From positions 1 to 64,000 of IMG/VR virus record IMGVR_UViG_3300003177_000020: a stretch of 64,000 bases of DNA. One strand, written 5' to 3'. Shown here in pieces: positions 11,966-22,775 of the stretch. Position 1 is the stretch's first letter, and each line of letters starts with the position of its first letter. Both the position numbers and the translations under genes were made by a program. The notes beneath the pieces were generated by a model, which was not told where the DNA came from, searched no databases, and saw nothing but the letters and a program-made list of their open reading frames with translations. Source of the stretch: a virus.

Positions 11966-12302
11966 CAAGGCACCATTTGCAGGTATTCTTTTGACACGAT
12001 CTGCGATGGTGCAGATCATAACGCGATACGAAAAAACAATCACAAAACTTCGAGTGGATCTTAAAGGGCTGCAAGATCGTTTTTCTTTGATGCGTGATAG
12101 TTGTCAAAAACGCAAACAGTTGTGGGCTGTTTACCAGAAGAAACAAAAGATTTTGCTTACGAAACAACGAGAAGAACAAAAACGTATTATAGCTAAGGCT
12201 TTGAAGCCTCCATTTTTCAAAACTCCTGCCTTCAATTTTACTGCTGGATGCCTTCTTTGCACAGGTGCCTGTGTTGGTGCGGTTGCGATTCTTCGCAAAT
12301 AA
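11886..12302 (+). CDS. Membrane/lysis-associated protein overlapping the previous gene
   Basis: KAPFAGILLT motif, coiled coil, C-terminal hydrophobic helix; start codon uncertain. Confidence 0.4.
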   Translation: MILCLIPSWRVYSSQSQMKKAFLKKNDKAPFAGILLTRSAMVQIITRYEKTITKLRVDLKGLQDRFSLMRDSCQKRKQLWAVYQKKQKILLTKQREEQKRIIAKALKPPFFKTPAFNFTAGCLLCTGACVGAVAILRK

Positions 12303-12380
12303 GATCTAACTTTTCCTTGAAAAATTTAGGATGTCCGTTTACACATCATATAGGTGGTGTGCATTACGGAGGATTGTATT

Positions 12381-13772
12381 ATGCCCTTAGAGGTTACGGT
12401 TGATCGATACGTGCATTTAAATTTGATCGGTCTAAATCAAGATTTGGTTTTTGATTTGCTTGATCTTGGTACGCATGAAAATCCTGTGTATTCCAAGGTG
12501 AAAAAATTAGGGTATGGGGCTTATAACGTGGATCGTTATTGCTATTCGTTCCAACGGGAAGTTTCAGAAAAAGAAGATCGCATTTATTTCTGGCGTGGAC
12601 TTCTTAAGCCTGTTTTGAAGCTGCTGAAAAAATACGGCATTGATTATGTGCTGCAAGATGATCGTCTATGGCTTGATCCTGTCGATCTTTCGAGTTGCAG
12701 TGTGCAGTTGAGAGGCTACCAGAAAAAGCCGTATAAGCAGATGATCAAGAAACAGCAAACATTGTTACAAGCTCCCGCAGGTTCAGGTAAAAGTGAGATG
12801 CTACTTGCACTTGCAGCATATTATGAACAGCCAACACTTGTTTTAGTGTGGCAACAATCTCAACAGAGAACTTGGGTGGATCGCATTGCTGCGCGGTTTG
12901 ATTTTGAGGCTGGCGGTATTGGCGGTGCGTTCAAAAAGCCGATCATCAAACCCATCACTGTTGGTATGGTGCAGTCGGTTTTTCGCAGACGTGATCATTA
13001 CGCGCAAATGTTCGGTTGCCTCTTGTGTGATGAGGTGCAGCGATTTGGTGCTAAGAGCTTGCACGAAACAGTTAATGCTTTTCCCGCTGCCATTCGTGTT
13101 GGTGCATCTGATGACGAACGCAGATCTGATGGTAAGGAATTTTTGATTTATTCGTTATTTGGGAAAGTAGGTGCGCTTGTTGAATTTGGGATCGGGCAAT
13201 GTGATGTTGCAATTCATATCGTACCCACAGAAACAAAATTTGCATTTGAAAGTTGGAGTGATGCTATTACTAGGTTGATCTCGGATAAGGCACGAAATGA
13301 TCAAATAATTGATCTTTGTATTTCAGAAGTGAAAAATGGTGAACGTGTCTTGATCTTTTCGGATCGTGTTGATCACTGTTTATATTTGTGTGGCAGACTT
13401 GAAGATAAAGGCATATCCGCAGGGTTGTTGATCGGTGGATCGGAATGGAAATCGGAGGCAGAAAGGACAGAACAAGGATTGCGTGATGGCACTGTATCCG
13501 TTGGTGTTGGGACTTCTGTTGCTGAACAGTCTGTGAATATCCCTCCGCTTTCTGTGGGGATTATGACTTGTGCAAGTGCTGATACAAAAATGCTTCGATT
13601 TAGGCAGATGCGCGGTCGTGTGGCGCGACCGTATGAGGGAAAGAAAGCCAAGATATATTATTTATGGGATCGTTATGTATATCCGTTAAAACGAAAGGTG
13701 CATAACATTCATGAGGTTTATGACGCGGATATTGTGCCGTATCAAACAAAGAAAGGTTTCAGAAGAAAATGA
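12381..13772 (+). CDS. SF2 (DEAD-like / UvsW-like) helicase
   Basis: Walker A APAGSGKS, DEVQ and QMRGRVAR motif VI. Confidence 0.9.
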   Translation: MPLEVTVDRYVHLNLIGLNQDLVFDLLDLGTHENPVYSKVKKLGYGAYNVDRYCYSFQREVSEKEDRIYFWRGLLKPVLKLLKKYGIDYVLQDDRLWLDPVDLSSCSVQLRGYQKKPYKQMIKKQQTLLQAPAGSGKSEMLLALAAYYEQPTLVLVWQQSQQRTWVDRIAARFDFEAGGIGGAFKKPIIKPITVGMVQSVFRRRDHYAQMFGCLLCDEVQRFGAKSLHETVNAFPAAIRVGASDDERRSDGKEFLIYSLFGKVGALVEFGIGQCDVAIHIVPTETKFAFESWSDAITRLISDKARNDQIIDLCISEVKNGERVLIFSDRVDHCLYLCGRLEDKGISAGLLIGGSEWKSEAERTEQGLRDGTVSVGVGTSVAEQSVNIPPLSVGIMTCASADTKMLRFRQMRGRVARPYEGKKAKIYYLWDRYVYPLKRKVHNIHEVYDADIVPYQTKKGFRRK

Positions 13773-14509
13773 CATCCAAATATTCAAACACACCATTTAC
13801 AAGAGAGATCACTTATGAACGACTGGTGCGAGGTGCGCGTTCTGTTGGGTTATCACTTCCAAGCCAAACAGCCAAGAAACCATTGATCGATGCTATACGT
13901 CGCAAAATTGCAGAAAGCCCTACGTTTGGGCGTGTTGCATGTGGCGGTTGTGGTTACGATGTCAACGCTGAAGTTTCTTTTTGTCCTTTTTGTTCTGCGC
14001 AATTTGATCCTTTGGTGCATCAGCTTGAAAAAGAGATCGAAGAAAACAAGCCAGATCCTTTTTGGATGGAGCCAAATCCTGCATTCAAAACTTTGCACGA
14101 GGATGGTTTTATGCCGTTGCCATCGTGGGAAGAAGCGCAAGAACAAAAAGAACCTGTGCAAGTTGAAACTGAAAAAAAAGCTGTTGAGATTGTTGCGAGT
14201 ATGAAACCGCAGTACAAGAGTCGTGCAGAGGTGGAACATAAGCAAGCAAAGAAGAAAGGAAAGCGTGGCAGACCAAAAGGTGCGAAAAATAAAAAACCTG
14301 CCAAGAGTGTGGATAAAAAACGCGAGCTTGAACTGAAGCGACAAGCGTTGATTGAGAGTTTGCCATTGTCTTTGGTTGAGCTTCAGAACTTGGCACGTCC
14401 CGCTCTTGTGATGTGTGCCAGTATTTTTGGAATTGAAAAGCCGATGCATAAAGGCGCAAAAGAGTTGATCCCAATGATCATCGAACGGCAAAATGAGAAG
14501 TTTTCTTAA
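13769..14509 (+). CDS. Zn-ribbon protein with basic AT-hook-like segment
   Basis: CGGC...CPFC; KRGRPKG. Confidence 0.55.
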   Translation: MTSKYSNTPFTREITYERLVRGARSVGLSLPSQTAKKPLIDAIRRKIAESPTFGRVACGGCGYDVNAEVSFCPFCSAQFDPLVHQLEKEIEENKPDPFWMEPNPAFKTLHEDGFMPLPSWEEAQEQKEPVQVETEKKAVEIVASMKPQYKSRAEVEHKQAKKKGKRGRPKGAKNKKPAKSVDKKRELELKRQALIESLPLSLVELQNLARPALVMCASIFGIEKPMHKGAKELIPMIIERQNEKFS

Positions 14510-14577
14510 TTTCTCGACAAAATGATTTTATTGGTTCAAATTGTAGCTTTGTGATACTTCAAGCAGGTGGTGGCAAC

Positions 14578-16308
14578 ATGCAAATATCCAAAGCCGTTAA
14601 AACGTATCTATCCCAGAAGAACTGGGAATATCGAAACAACAAAGACGGCAAAAATCTTGACATAAAAACATGTCCCTTTTGTACCAAATCAAAATGGAAA
14701 TTCTCGATCATTGCAGCATCAGGAACGTACAGGTGCTGGACTTGCAACGAAAGCGGATCGTTGTACAAGCTGAAAGAATCTCTGGGAGATTTGGATGCAT
14801 CTAGTGATGTACCTACGAATAAAAGAAACAATTCAAAAAAAGATATTGTACCAAGAACCAGAATTGATAAGTGGCACAATGCTTTGCTGCGTGATGAAGA
14901 TGCTCTGGATTACTTGTACGATAGAGGTATCACGCAGGAGGTAATTGAATATTTCCAACTTGGTAAACGGCTGCAAGGAGGGAAGGCGTGGCTTACTATC
15001 CCGCATATCAACGATGGGATTGTTTACAACGTGAAGCGTCGAACATTGCCTCCCGAAAAAAAGGATTTTAGACGTGTCGCAGATGCAGAAACCGTGCTTT
15101 TCAATGCAGATGTTATCGATCAATATGAAACGATCATTGTGGCTGAGGCAGAACTGGATGCTATTTCTTGGTGGTGTGCAGGTGTAAAAAATGTGGTGTC
15201 TTTGACTGCTGGTGCGGGATCATTTTTGCCTGAATGGTACGATCTGTTAAAAAACAAAAACGTGATCCTTGCGCTTGATGCGGATGAGCAAGGCAAGAAA
15301 GGTGCGAAAGATATCGCACGTCGTTTAGGGTTTGATAAGACCAAAACAATCGATATGCCATTGCATGACGCAAATGACGTGTTGATCAACTATGGCGGTG
15401 CTGCATTGGTGGATTTGATACCGACAGCACACCTTTTTGATGTTGATGGTGTGTATACGATACGGGAAGTATTATCGGAGTGTGTTGCTCGTAGTGATGA
15501 TGTCGCAGGAATTTTCACACCTTGGGAATCCGTAAACAGAAAGCTTGGTAAATTTGGGTTTCAGTTTGGCGATATGGTTGTGCTATCCGCGCCACCGAAA
15601 ACAGGAAAAACAACTCTCGCGCAGAACATCGCGGGTTGGAATGCTGAGGTTAAGCAGATCCCATCGTTGATTTTTTGTTTGGAAATGAAGACAACACGTC
15701 TGGGCAAAAAATACGCATCTGCTGTGAGGCGCAAAGCGGTGGATGACCTCACACCATTGGATTTGAAGCTGGTGCGATATAAGCTAAAAAACATGCCTCT
15801 TTGGATGGTTGATCCCAGTTGGGATAAAAAAGTGACGTTGGATAGCGTTGTCGAAAAAATACGGGAAACTGTGAAGCGTTACGGGATCAAATTGCTGGTG
15901 TTTGATCATTTGCATTTTCTTTGCCGATCTTTGCGCTATGTAACTATGGAAGTTGGGAACGTGACAAAGGCTTTCAAGTTGCTGGCAGAAGAATTGGATA
16001 TCGTGGTGATCTTGATTGCGCAACCAACAAAGATCAAAGATGGTCGCATGATGACTGCACAAGACTTGAAACATTCTTCTGATATTCATGCTGATGCTGA
16101 TTGGATCTTGTTGATGCATCGTGAGGCTGTACCTGCAGGGACAATTGCCAACAGTCGCAGTGAAGATGCGTCACAAGAGATACTCTCTCCAAAGACTTTA
16201 TTGCGTGTGGAAGCTGCACGTTTCGCTGGCGGTGGGGAAACATATCTTCACTATGCAGGTGCTGTTTCTTCTTTTTTCGATATGGACAACATCCCTTCTT
16301 GGTTGTGA
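14578..16308 (+). CDS. Primase-helicase (T7 gp4 / Twinkle-like)
   Basis: CPFC/CWTC Zn ribbon, TOPRIM (EAELDA, DAD), Walker A APPKTGKT, FDHLH. Confidence 0.92.
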   Translation: MQISKAVKTYLSQKNWEYRNNKDGKNLDIKTCPFCTKSKWKFSIIAASGTYRCWTCNESGSLYKLKESLGDLDASSDVPTNKRNNSKKDIVPRTRIDKWHNALLRDEDALDYLYDRGITQEVIEYFQLGKRLQGGKAWLTIPHINDGIVYNVKRRTLPPEKKDFRRVADAETVLFNADVIDQYETIIVAEAELDAISWWCAGVKNVVSLTAGAGSFLPEWYDLLKNKNVILALDADEQGKKGAKDIARRLGFDKTKTIDMPLHDANDVLINYGGAALVDLIPTAHLFDVDGVYTIREVLSECVARSDDVAGIFTPWESVNRKLGKFGFQFGDMVVLSAPPKTGKTTLAQNIAGWNAEVKQIPSLIFCLEMKTTRLGKKYASAVRRKAVDDLTPLDLKLVRYKLKNMPLWMVDPSWDKKVTLDSVVEKIRETVKRYGIKLLVFDHLHFLCRSLRYVTMEVGNVTKAFKLLAEELDIVVILIAQPTKIKDGRMMTAQDLKHSSDIHADADWILLMHREAVPAGTIANSRSEDASQEILSPKTLLRVEAARFAGGGETYLHYAGAVSSFFDMDNIPSWL

Positions 16309-16362
16309 TCACATCCTGAGATCACTTATTTCTAAAATAAAACAATACATAAAACATACACT

Positions 16363-16414
16363 TACTAACTTTTTATAAATAAATCTTGTAAAAGTGTCAG
16401 AGGACTACTATCGT
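16363..16414 (+). promoter_or_regulatory. Phage early-type sigma70 promoter
   Basis: CTAACTTTTTATAAATAAATC-TTGTAA-N17-TATCGT; same upstream block as the promoters at 38.7-46.8 kb. Confidence 0.65.
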
Positions 16415-16453
16415 CTTTTTAGTGGCAAATTCTTACAGTAAAGGGAATTTACA

Positions 16454-17641
16454 ATGTCTGAAAAAATTACACGAAAACGAAGGCGACGTGCGCCTTCAAA
16501 GCCTCAAGTTTCTCCTATTCAGAAACTCCGCAATGCCCTTCGTGGCATGTTGATCAATCGTGATCAAGAAATCGATGGACTTCTGACAGCATTATTGGCG
16601 CAAGAGCATGTGTTGTTGCTAGGAATGCACGGTACTGCAAAGTCAGCACTTACCGAAACAATGTGTCGATCTGTGGATGGGATGGCATACTTTTCATGGC
16701 TGATGTCAAAATTCACAGTGCCAGAAGAATTGTTTGGAGCATTTAGCCTCAAGGCATTACAAGATGATCGTTTCGAACGGGTAACACACGGCAAAATGCC
16801 TGAAGCTGAGATTGTCTTTTTGGATGAAATTTTCAAGGCGAACTCCAGCATACTCAACAATCTGCTGACGATTATCAATGAGCGAAAGTTTGCGAATGGC
16901 ACACACACGATCAAAGTACCATTACAGACTGTTGTTGGCGCATCAAATGAATTGCCTGAAGGTGCTGAACTGGCAGCGTTGTATGATCGATTCATGTTGC
17001 GATTTTGGGTAAAGCCATTATCGACCAGATCACACCGCAGAAAACTGCTTATGCTGGATTCAAAAAAAGTTGCTGCCATTTTCAATTCAGGGAAAATTAC
17101 AAAAGATGAATTGGAATTGGAACAAACAGCAGCAGCGCAAGTTGATATCTCAAACAGCATTGGGATTATTTTGGACGTTCAAGAAGCCTTGCAGCGTGAG
17201 GGGTATGTTGCAAGTGATCGTCGGTGGCGTAAGAGTCTGAGCATTTTGAAAGCCTATGCGCATTTACAAGGATCAAATAAAGTGCGAAACGAACACTTGA
17301 TCATACTTGCAGATGTGATGTGGGAAAAACCAGAAGATCGGGATGTGATTATTGAGTTGATTCGTAGGGTTGCAATTCCAGAACGTGCAAAAGTGGATGG
17401 AATTTTAAATGCAGCCAAAGAACAAATTGCAGAACTCCCCATTGGAAGTCGGGATATACCAGAAGAAAAGCGCAGCGCATATTTTGGACAGGCTACACGG
17501 ATCAACGCAGATCTTACAAAACAAATCGCAGAGCTTGCAAAACTCGAAGAAGATTATGCGCATGAAGCGATTCAAGAATTGGAAGATATGAAAATCACTG
17601 TTCGGGATTTTGCATCATTTGTTTCTGGATTTGCAATCTGA
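16454..17641 (+). CDS. MoxR/RavA-family AAA+ ATPase
   Basis: GMHGTAKS, FLDEIFKANSSILNNLL, GASNELP, ALYDRF and SDRRW. Confidence 0.9.
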   Translation: MSEKITRKRRRRAPSKPQVSPIQKLRNALRGMLINRDQEIDGLLTALLAQEHVLLLGMHGTAKSALTETMCRSVDGMAYFSWLMSKFTVPEELFGAFSLKALQDDRFERVTHGKMPEAEIVFLDEIFKANSSILNNLLTIINERKFANGTHTIKVPLQTVVGASNELPEGAELAALYDRFMLRFWVKPLSTRSHRRKLLMLDSKKVAAIFNSGKITKDELELEQTAAAQVDISNSIGIILDVQEALQREGYVASDRRWRKSLSILKAYAHLQGSNKVRNEHLIILADVMWEKPEDRDVIIELIRRVAIPERAKVDGILNAAKEQIAELPIGSRDIPEEKRSAYFGQATRINADLTKQIAELAKLEEDYAHEAIQELEDMKITVRDFASFVSGFAI

Positions 17642-17749
17642 AATTTACACACTTTGAATAAAGTTTCTAACTAATGCCTTGATGTGTAACACTTTTCTAG
17701 TAGTGTGCAGTTAGAAACTTTATTTATACTTTTTTACAAGGAGTCGATC

Positions 17750-18820
17750 ATGTCAGCAAAAAAATTGAATGCAAAATTGAATGCAGCACAACAAGGAAAG
17801 GAAATTCTGGGATCTGTTATTTATTGGGGTCTGCGTGATTGTAGAATTGAACGTGGCTTGTTGGCGCAGCTTTTTGATACTCACAACCTCGATCAAAAAT
17901 ACATGCCTCCAGAACGCGCACCACGCGCAGCTGCAAGTAGTGCGATCAAGCATATTTTCAGTTTTGCAGGACGTGATGGCTTTTTGGCAAGAAAGATCAC
18001 TTCCAAAGGATCGTGCACATTTTGGGGTGTGGTGCGTGAAAACAAAGACGTGAAAGATGTCTCGCTTGCATACCAGTGCAGTATCAAGATCAAATTTGAT
18101 CACGCACACCACACGCTTGAAATTGAAGGTGATCCTGATGCAGATCCGCAAGCATACGCAAAAGCAATTGCTGTGCTGGCAGAATACAAGGCATTGCTTA
18201 CGGAATACACAAATCTGGATATTCAGAGAATGATCATTTCTGCGGTGCGTGATCTTGGTGGTGTTTCACTCCGTAAGGGAGGTGGAAATTATTTTGTGGC
18301 TTACACGTACCATGATGTTTTGTGCGCGATACAGAATGTTGTTGAAAGCATCGGATCTTCTGAAGTTGGGATCTTGAATATCAGTGCAGGTGATGATCAA
18401 TCCATCCGATCACTGAAAAGAGATACAAGCCGATCCTTTGTAACGCAGGTGCAGGAATTGAAGCAGGAACTGCTCGCCTTTCAAAATTCAAAAAAACTGC
18501 GCAAGTCTGTGGTCAAAAATCGCACTGAAACACTCGCAAGACTCAAAGCAAATGTGGATATGTATTCCGAAATTCTCAGCATGAATGTTGAAGCTTTGCA
18601 GGAAGATTATCGTGTGTGCGAAGAACTGCTTTTGAACTTGGATGCTATTTCCAAAAAGCCACGAGTGCGTAAACCAAAAAAAGAGGTGGAGCCTGAACCT
18701 GCTACAGAAGAAAAGAAACACGATCCAGAAAAACAAGAAACTGAAGAATCACCAACATTGACGGTACAAGAAGAATTGCCTATGCAATTGAACATTGGTC
18801 GCAGAAGACGACGAAGATAA
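17750..18820 (+). CDS. Conserved helical protein (DUF6744-like) between AAA and VWA genes
   Basis: LGSVIYW and LRKGGGNYFV motifs recalled from that family; position. Confidence 0.5.
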   Translation: MSAKKLNAKLNAAQQGKEILGSVIYWGLRDCRIERGLLAQLFDTHNLDQKYMPPERAPRAAASSAIKHIFSFAGRDGFLARKITSKGSCTFWGVVRENKDVKDVSLAYQCSIKIKFDHAHHTLEIEGDPDADPQAYAKAIAVLAEYKALLTEYTNLDIQRMIISAVRDLGGVSLRKGGGNYFVAYTYHDVLCAIQNVVESIGSSEVGILNISAGDDQSIRSLKRDTSRSFVTQVQELKQELLAFQNSKKLRKSVVKNRTETLARLKANVDMYSEILSMNVEALQEDYRVCEELLLNLDAISKKPRVRKPKKEVEPEPATEEKKHDPEKQETEESPTLTVQEELPMQLNIGRRRRRR

Positions 18821-18830
18821 GGGATCGAAC

Positions 18831-20232
18831 ATGGAAAACCTAACTTTGAATGTGTCGCAATGGCAGCATTATCTTTACACGCAATCCCGCTTTGATTTTG
18901 ATGCTTTGAGAGCATTGGAAGACGCAGGGAAAAAGATTTATTCACAGTATGATTTATGGCAGCGTGAATTGTTCGCACGACTGTATGAACCGCAAACACC
19001 AAAATTAACAGAGATCCCAGATGAAGCATCGTGGGCATTGCAGATTCACGATTTGATAGGCGAACTTCCAGAGTTTCAGATGCTGCAAGAGCAAACAGCA
19101 GGAGATGCAGAATTTGCAGCCAAATCAACAGCAGTGTTGGCGCGTAGTTTTATGGCTATGGATCGCACCAAGAACAGCAAAGTACCTCGCGGGGATGTGG
19201 AAGCTGAGATTGCAGATTTGGATCACTATTTGAAAGCATTAGCCGAGATGCGAGATGCTGGAATCGATGTTGATTCTCAAATAAAAAAAGCGAATACAAA
19301 AAAAGCACATTTGCAGGATACATTGGATCGTATTTCGCAGCCTATTGATACCGTAAAATTGCGTGGTGCAATGCGCAAGGCTGCAACACAAGCCGTCAAA
19401 GATCAAAAAGATCATAATAAAATGATGAGTGCATTTTCTTTTGGTGGTAACGCGGGATCGCTACAGCAAAGTGGGAATATAAAATCCAAACGTATTTTTG
19501 CGAAGCACCTGAGTTCAAAGCGTAAACTACGTGAGATTGCATTGTGGGCTGGTCGTTTGAAACATGTGGCGATGAAAAAACAGCGATCAAAAAGCAAAGA
19601 AGCCAAGCATGAATTTGGCGATATTGAACAAGGTGCAGATTTGGCAAAATTGCTCCCATCTGAAATGCTGTCGTTGTGTGGTGATGAAATTTCAAGATTG
19701 TTGTTTTTCAAACGCTACACGGAGCGGCAAGTTTTGCAATACCAGTTGAAAGGAAAAGAATCTAAAGGACTCGGTGCGTTGGTGGTATGCGTCGATGAAT
19801 CTTCGAGTATGAGTGGTGATCGGGATGTGCTTGCTAAGGCTACAATGCTGGCTTTGATGCATGTTGCGATCAAACAAAAGCGTACTTTTGCAGTGATTCA
19901 TTTTTCTGGCGATGTTGGGCGTGTGGATGTTTTTGAACATGGTGCTATTGATCCTGATGCACTGGTAGCAACATTAGAAAATTTTGAAAAATTCTGATAT
20001 TTCAAAAGCGGACATTGTGTTTCTCACAGATGGCGAAAGTTATATCCACCAGAGATCTATTGATAGTGTTCAAAAATTGCGGAATATGATCGGGTTGGAA
20101 TTTTACACCATTCTTGTGGGTGGAGCGCGATCCAGCGAGGAGTTGGAAACATTATCTTCACATATTATGCATTTGCAGGATATTGTTTCTGCGGAAGAAT
20201 CGGAAGCAAAGGATGTTTTGTTCTCAATCTAG
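18831..20232 (+). CDS. VWA (ViaA/CoxE-like) protein (split near 19985)
   Basis: LLPSE, MIDAS VDESSSMSG; ADIVFLTDG lies in the second frame; the expected GGGT segment is absent. Confidence 0.85.
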
Positions 20233-20957
20233 TTTTGATCTTTTTCTGTAATTGATCCCACCATCCAAGGCACAAAAAACGCACCATTTATTTTTGTGAT
20301 TCGGATCATTGTTCTGTCAATATCCTGCCCAAACAAGCGCAAGCAATAATTCCCTCCTTCCATCAAAATTCTGCCTGTACCAACGCAAGGATCACATAGC
20401 GTTTGCCACTTGGTATTTTTCGCACCGTTGAACTGCGACTGGATCATCAAAGTGACGAGGGTGTGTGGTGTGGGATAAAAGGCGTGAGGATTCCAACCTG
20501 TGCCTCTCTGTGTGCAGATAAAGTCTCCAAGGTAGTCATATGGTGTTTGCAACCATAACCCAGCATCAAAAGCCTCATATAGCTTCCGTTGTGTTTGTGG
20601 TTCAAGATTGGATTGTTGTTCTTCGATTCCGATTGCATAACTCAGCCAGTCCAGAAATGCCGTGAAGTTTCCCCACCATCTGTATTTGTTTTCTGCGCCT
20701 ATGATCTCCATGCAGGTTTCAATATTTTTGATGGCAGCTTTACATGGCTGGCTGTATCGCACTTGTGGGATTGATCCTGTTGGGAGTCCAAGCTTGATCC
20801 GCGTCCAATATCCCCACCTGTCGGGAAATGCGCAGCGTGGATTCTCGTGTAGTTGTTGGATGTAATACAGCAGCCACCCTCTATACTTCCAAGGTTGATC
20901 TCCTGTTGTGATCATTGGGATTCGTTTTTCACGCTCTACAAATTCTGTGAATAGCAT
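20229..20957 (-). CDS. Short N6-adenine MTase-like SAM-binding protein
   Basis: FYPTP, DPCVGTGRIL and GQDID (HsdM-like motifs X, I, II); no NPPY/F motif. Confidence 0.7.
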   Translation of the reverse strand: MLFTEFVEREKRIPMITTGDQPWKYRGWLLYYIQQLHENPRCAFPDRWGYWTRIKLGLPTGSIPQVRYSQPCKAAIKNIETCMEIIGAENKYRWWGNFTAFLDWLSYAIGIEEQQSNLEPQTQRKLYEAFDAGLWLQTPYDYLGDFICTQRGTGWNPHAFYPTPHTLVTLMIQSQFNGAKNTKWQTLCDPCVGTGRILMEGGNYCLRLFGQDIDRTMIRITKINGAFFVPWMVGSITEKDQN

Positions 20958-21137
20958 TCTTTTTCCCTTTCTTTGCCATTGAAAAAAGCGTTCATTTCTC
21001 GTGGAGTATAGCACAATTATTTTATTATTTTTAGAAATATTAGAAATTTTGTGTTGTAAGTGTCAGAGAATAACGCTATGGTTTTTTCAGTTTTTGATCC
21101 GTTGAGGATCACTTTTTACAAACAAAAGGAGTTGAGA

Positions 21138-22364
21138 ATGACTGTTAAATTGGAATTGATCTTAGACAAAGCATTTGAAGCAATCGCAGCAGAACGAAAA
21201 ACCATGTTTGCAGCGTTTGAAAAATCAATGGATCAAATCAAAGAGATCACAGTGGAGGCAATACGCAGCCTCGGAAAACAAGAAGTGCAAACTTTGACAG
21301 CTGCTAGTATCCCATCTTTGAAGCCACAAAATGCCAAAGAAGAAACGCAACCCGCATCAACACCCGCACCTGTCGTAGAAGAAAAGAAACCTGCGCCAAA
21401 GAAAAAACCAAAGAAGAAAGAAGAGCCTGTTCCTGCGGTGCAAGCAGATGTCATACCAGAAGAAAAACCTGTTGTTGCTGAAAAACCGAAACCAAAAAAG
21501 ACCACAAAGAAAAAATCAAAGAAGAAGGAAGAACCGACAGTGCTGGTTCCTGAACTGGTGCATGTAGGATCTGATTACACGGCAGAAGATTTTACAAAGG
21601 CTGTGATTGCAGAAACTGAAAAAGAAGCCAAAGAAAAGGACAAGGAAGAAGAAGGTCTGGATGATACATTCAAAGATCTGAAAAAGAAAACAAAAAAGGC
21701 TCCCAAGAAAAAAACCAAGAAGAAAGAAGAACCTGCTCCTGAGCCTGAAAAAGAAACTGTTACAAAAACGGATGAGCCTGAAAACTTTGATCCTGTAGAT
21801 TTGGATCTTGGTGTTGAAGATATCCGCGACGATCTACCACCTGATAATCTGCCTAAAGGGTTTCACGCAGTATGGGCAAAAATGAGTCAGCTTGAACGTC
21901 GAAACCTTGTGAAGTCTTTTGCAAAAGAAGGCACAAACCCAAATGATCCACCGATTGAAGAAAGAATCAAAACAATCAAAAAACCAGTTGAAACACTGGC
22001 AGAGATTGAAGATGGAGATGAGCAAGAATATCTTTGTGAAGTACTCATGGCAACCATGATGCTGGATGCTCTCACAGAACAAGAACTTGCTGATACATGG
22101 GCTGTCATACAGCAAGGTGATAAAAAGAGTCCTAAACTATTCCTTAACATGATCGAACTTGCAGGAAAAGGCGAGTTGGTTGGAATGTTCAAAGGCATCA
22201 AAATCAAATTTGCAAAACAAGAAGATCAATACTGGGGATTTGCAGAAACTCAAACTGCGAAGACTGCAAAATTCATCCAAGAGTTGAATGACACATACAA
22301 CGAGTCTGGCTTTATTACAGAAGTGGATGATGCCATCAAAGAAGCACTTGGAGTCACAGAATAA
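21138..22364 (+). CDS. Lys/Glu/Pro-rich low-complexity protein
   Basis: AAGGAG RBS; repeated KKKEEP. Confidence 0.6.
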   Translation: MTVKLELILDKAFEAIAAERKTMFAAFEKSMDQIKEITVEAIRSLGKQEVQTLTAASIPSLKPQNAKEETQPASTPAPVVEEKKPAPKKKPKKKEEPVPAVQADVIPEEKPVVAEKPKPKKTTKKKSKKKEEPTVLVPELVHVGSDYTAEDFTKAVIAETEKEAKEKDKEEEGLDDTFKDLKKKTKKAPKKKTKKKEEPAPEPEKETVTKTDEPENFDPVDLDLGVEDIRDDLPPDNLPKGFHAVWAKMSQLERRNLVKSFAKEGTNPNDPPIEERIKTIKKPVETLAEIEDGDEQEYLCEVLMATMMLDALTEQELADTWAVIQQGDKKSPKLFLNMIELAGKGELVGMFKGIKIKFAKQEDQYWGFAETQTAKTAKFIQELNDTYNESGFITEVDDAIKEALGVTE

Positions 22365-22376
22365 AAAGGTGGAACC

Positions 22377-22646
22377 ATGTGCGAAGAAAAAAAGCGGAAA
22401 ATACCACCTGTGTTTTCCATGTTCAAACGCAATGATAAAGAAATTCTGGTATCCGTTCCTGCAAATAGTGTGGTTGAAGTTTTGAATGATGGCGCGGTGT
22501 TGGAGCTTATAAACGCGGGATTACTTGTCGAATATAACCGAAAAGAATCTGATGGTGCAGCAGCAGAAGTGGTTTTTATTCGTCAAGGTTTGAACTCGGA
22601 TGCTGTCAAATTTTTACAAGAAAGGGGATTATTTCACGATGCTTGA
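22377..22646 (+). CDS. Hypothetical protein
   Basis: RBS and operon position. Confidence 0.5.
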   Translation: MCEEKKRKIPPVFSMFKRNDKEILVSVPANSVVEVLNDGAVLELINAGLLVEYNRKESDGAAAEVVFIRQGLNSDAVKFLQERGLFHDA

Positions 22647-22775
22647 TTACATGTCTCAAATACAGTATTGTTTGATCTCCTCTGGTATGTGCTGCCACCA
22701 CTGCCAAATAAGTGGAGTTGATCGCTTTAGTTCCCTTTCTCGGTCAGCTTCACTTCCCCTTTGGGGGTTTTCGTT

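Noticed and set aside
13853-14491. 212-aa minus-strand ORF and similar antisense ORFs (16564..17160, 54487..55125, 56560..57162)
   Set aside because: Shadows of well-supported plus-strand genes, with no motifs and Phe-rich antisense composition.
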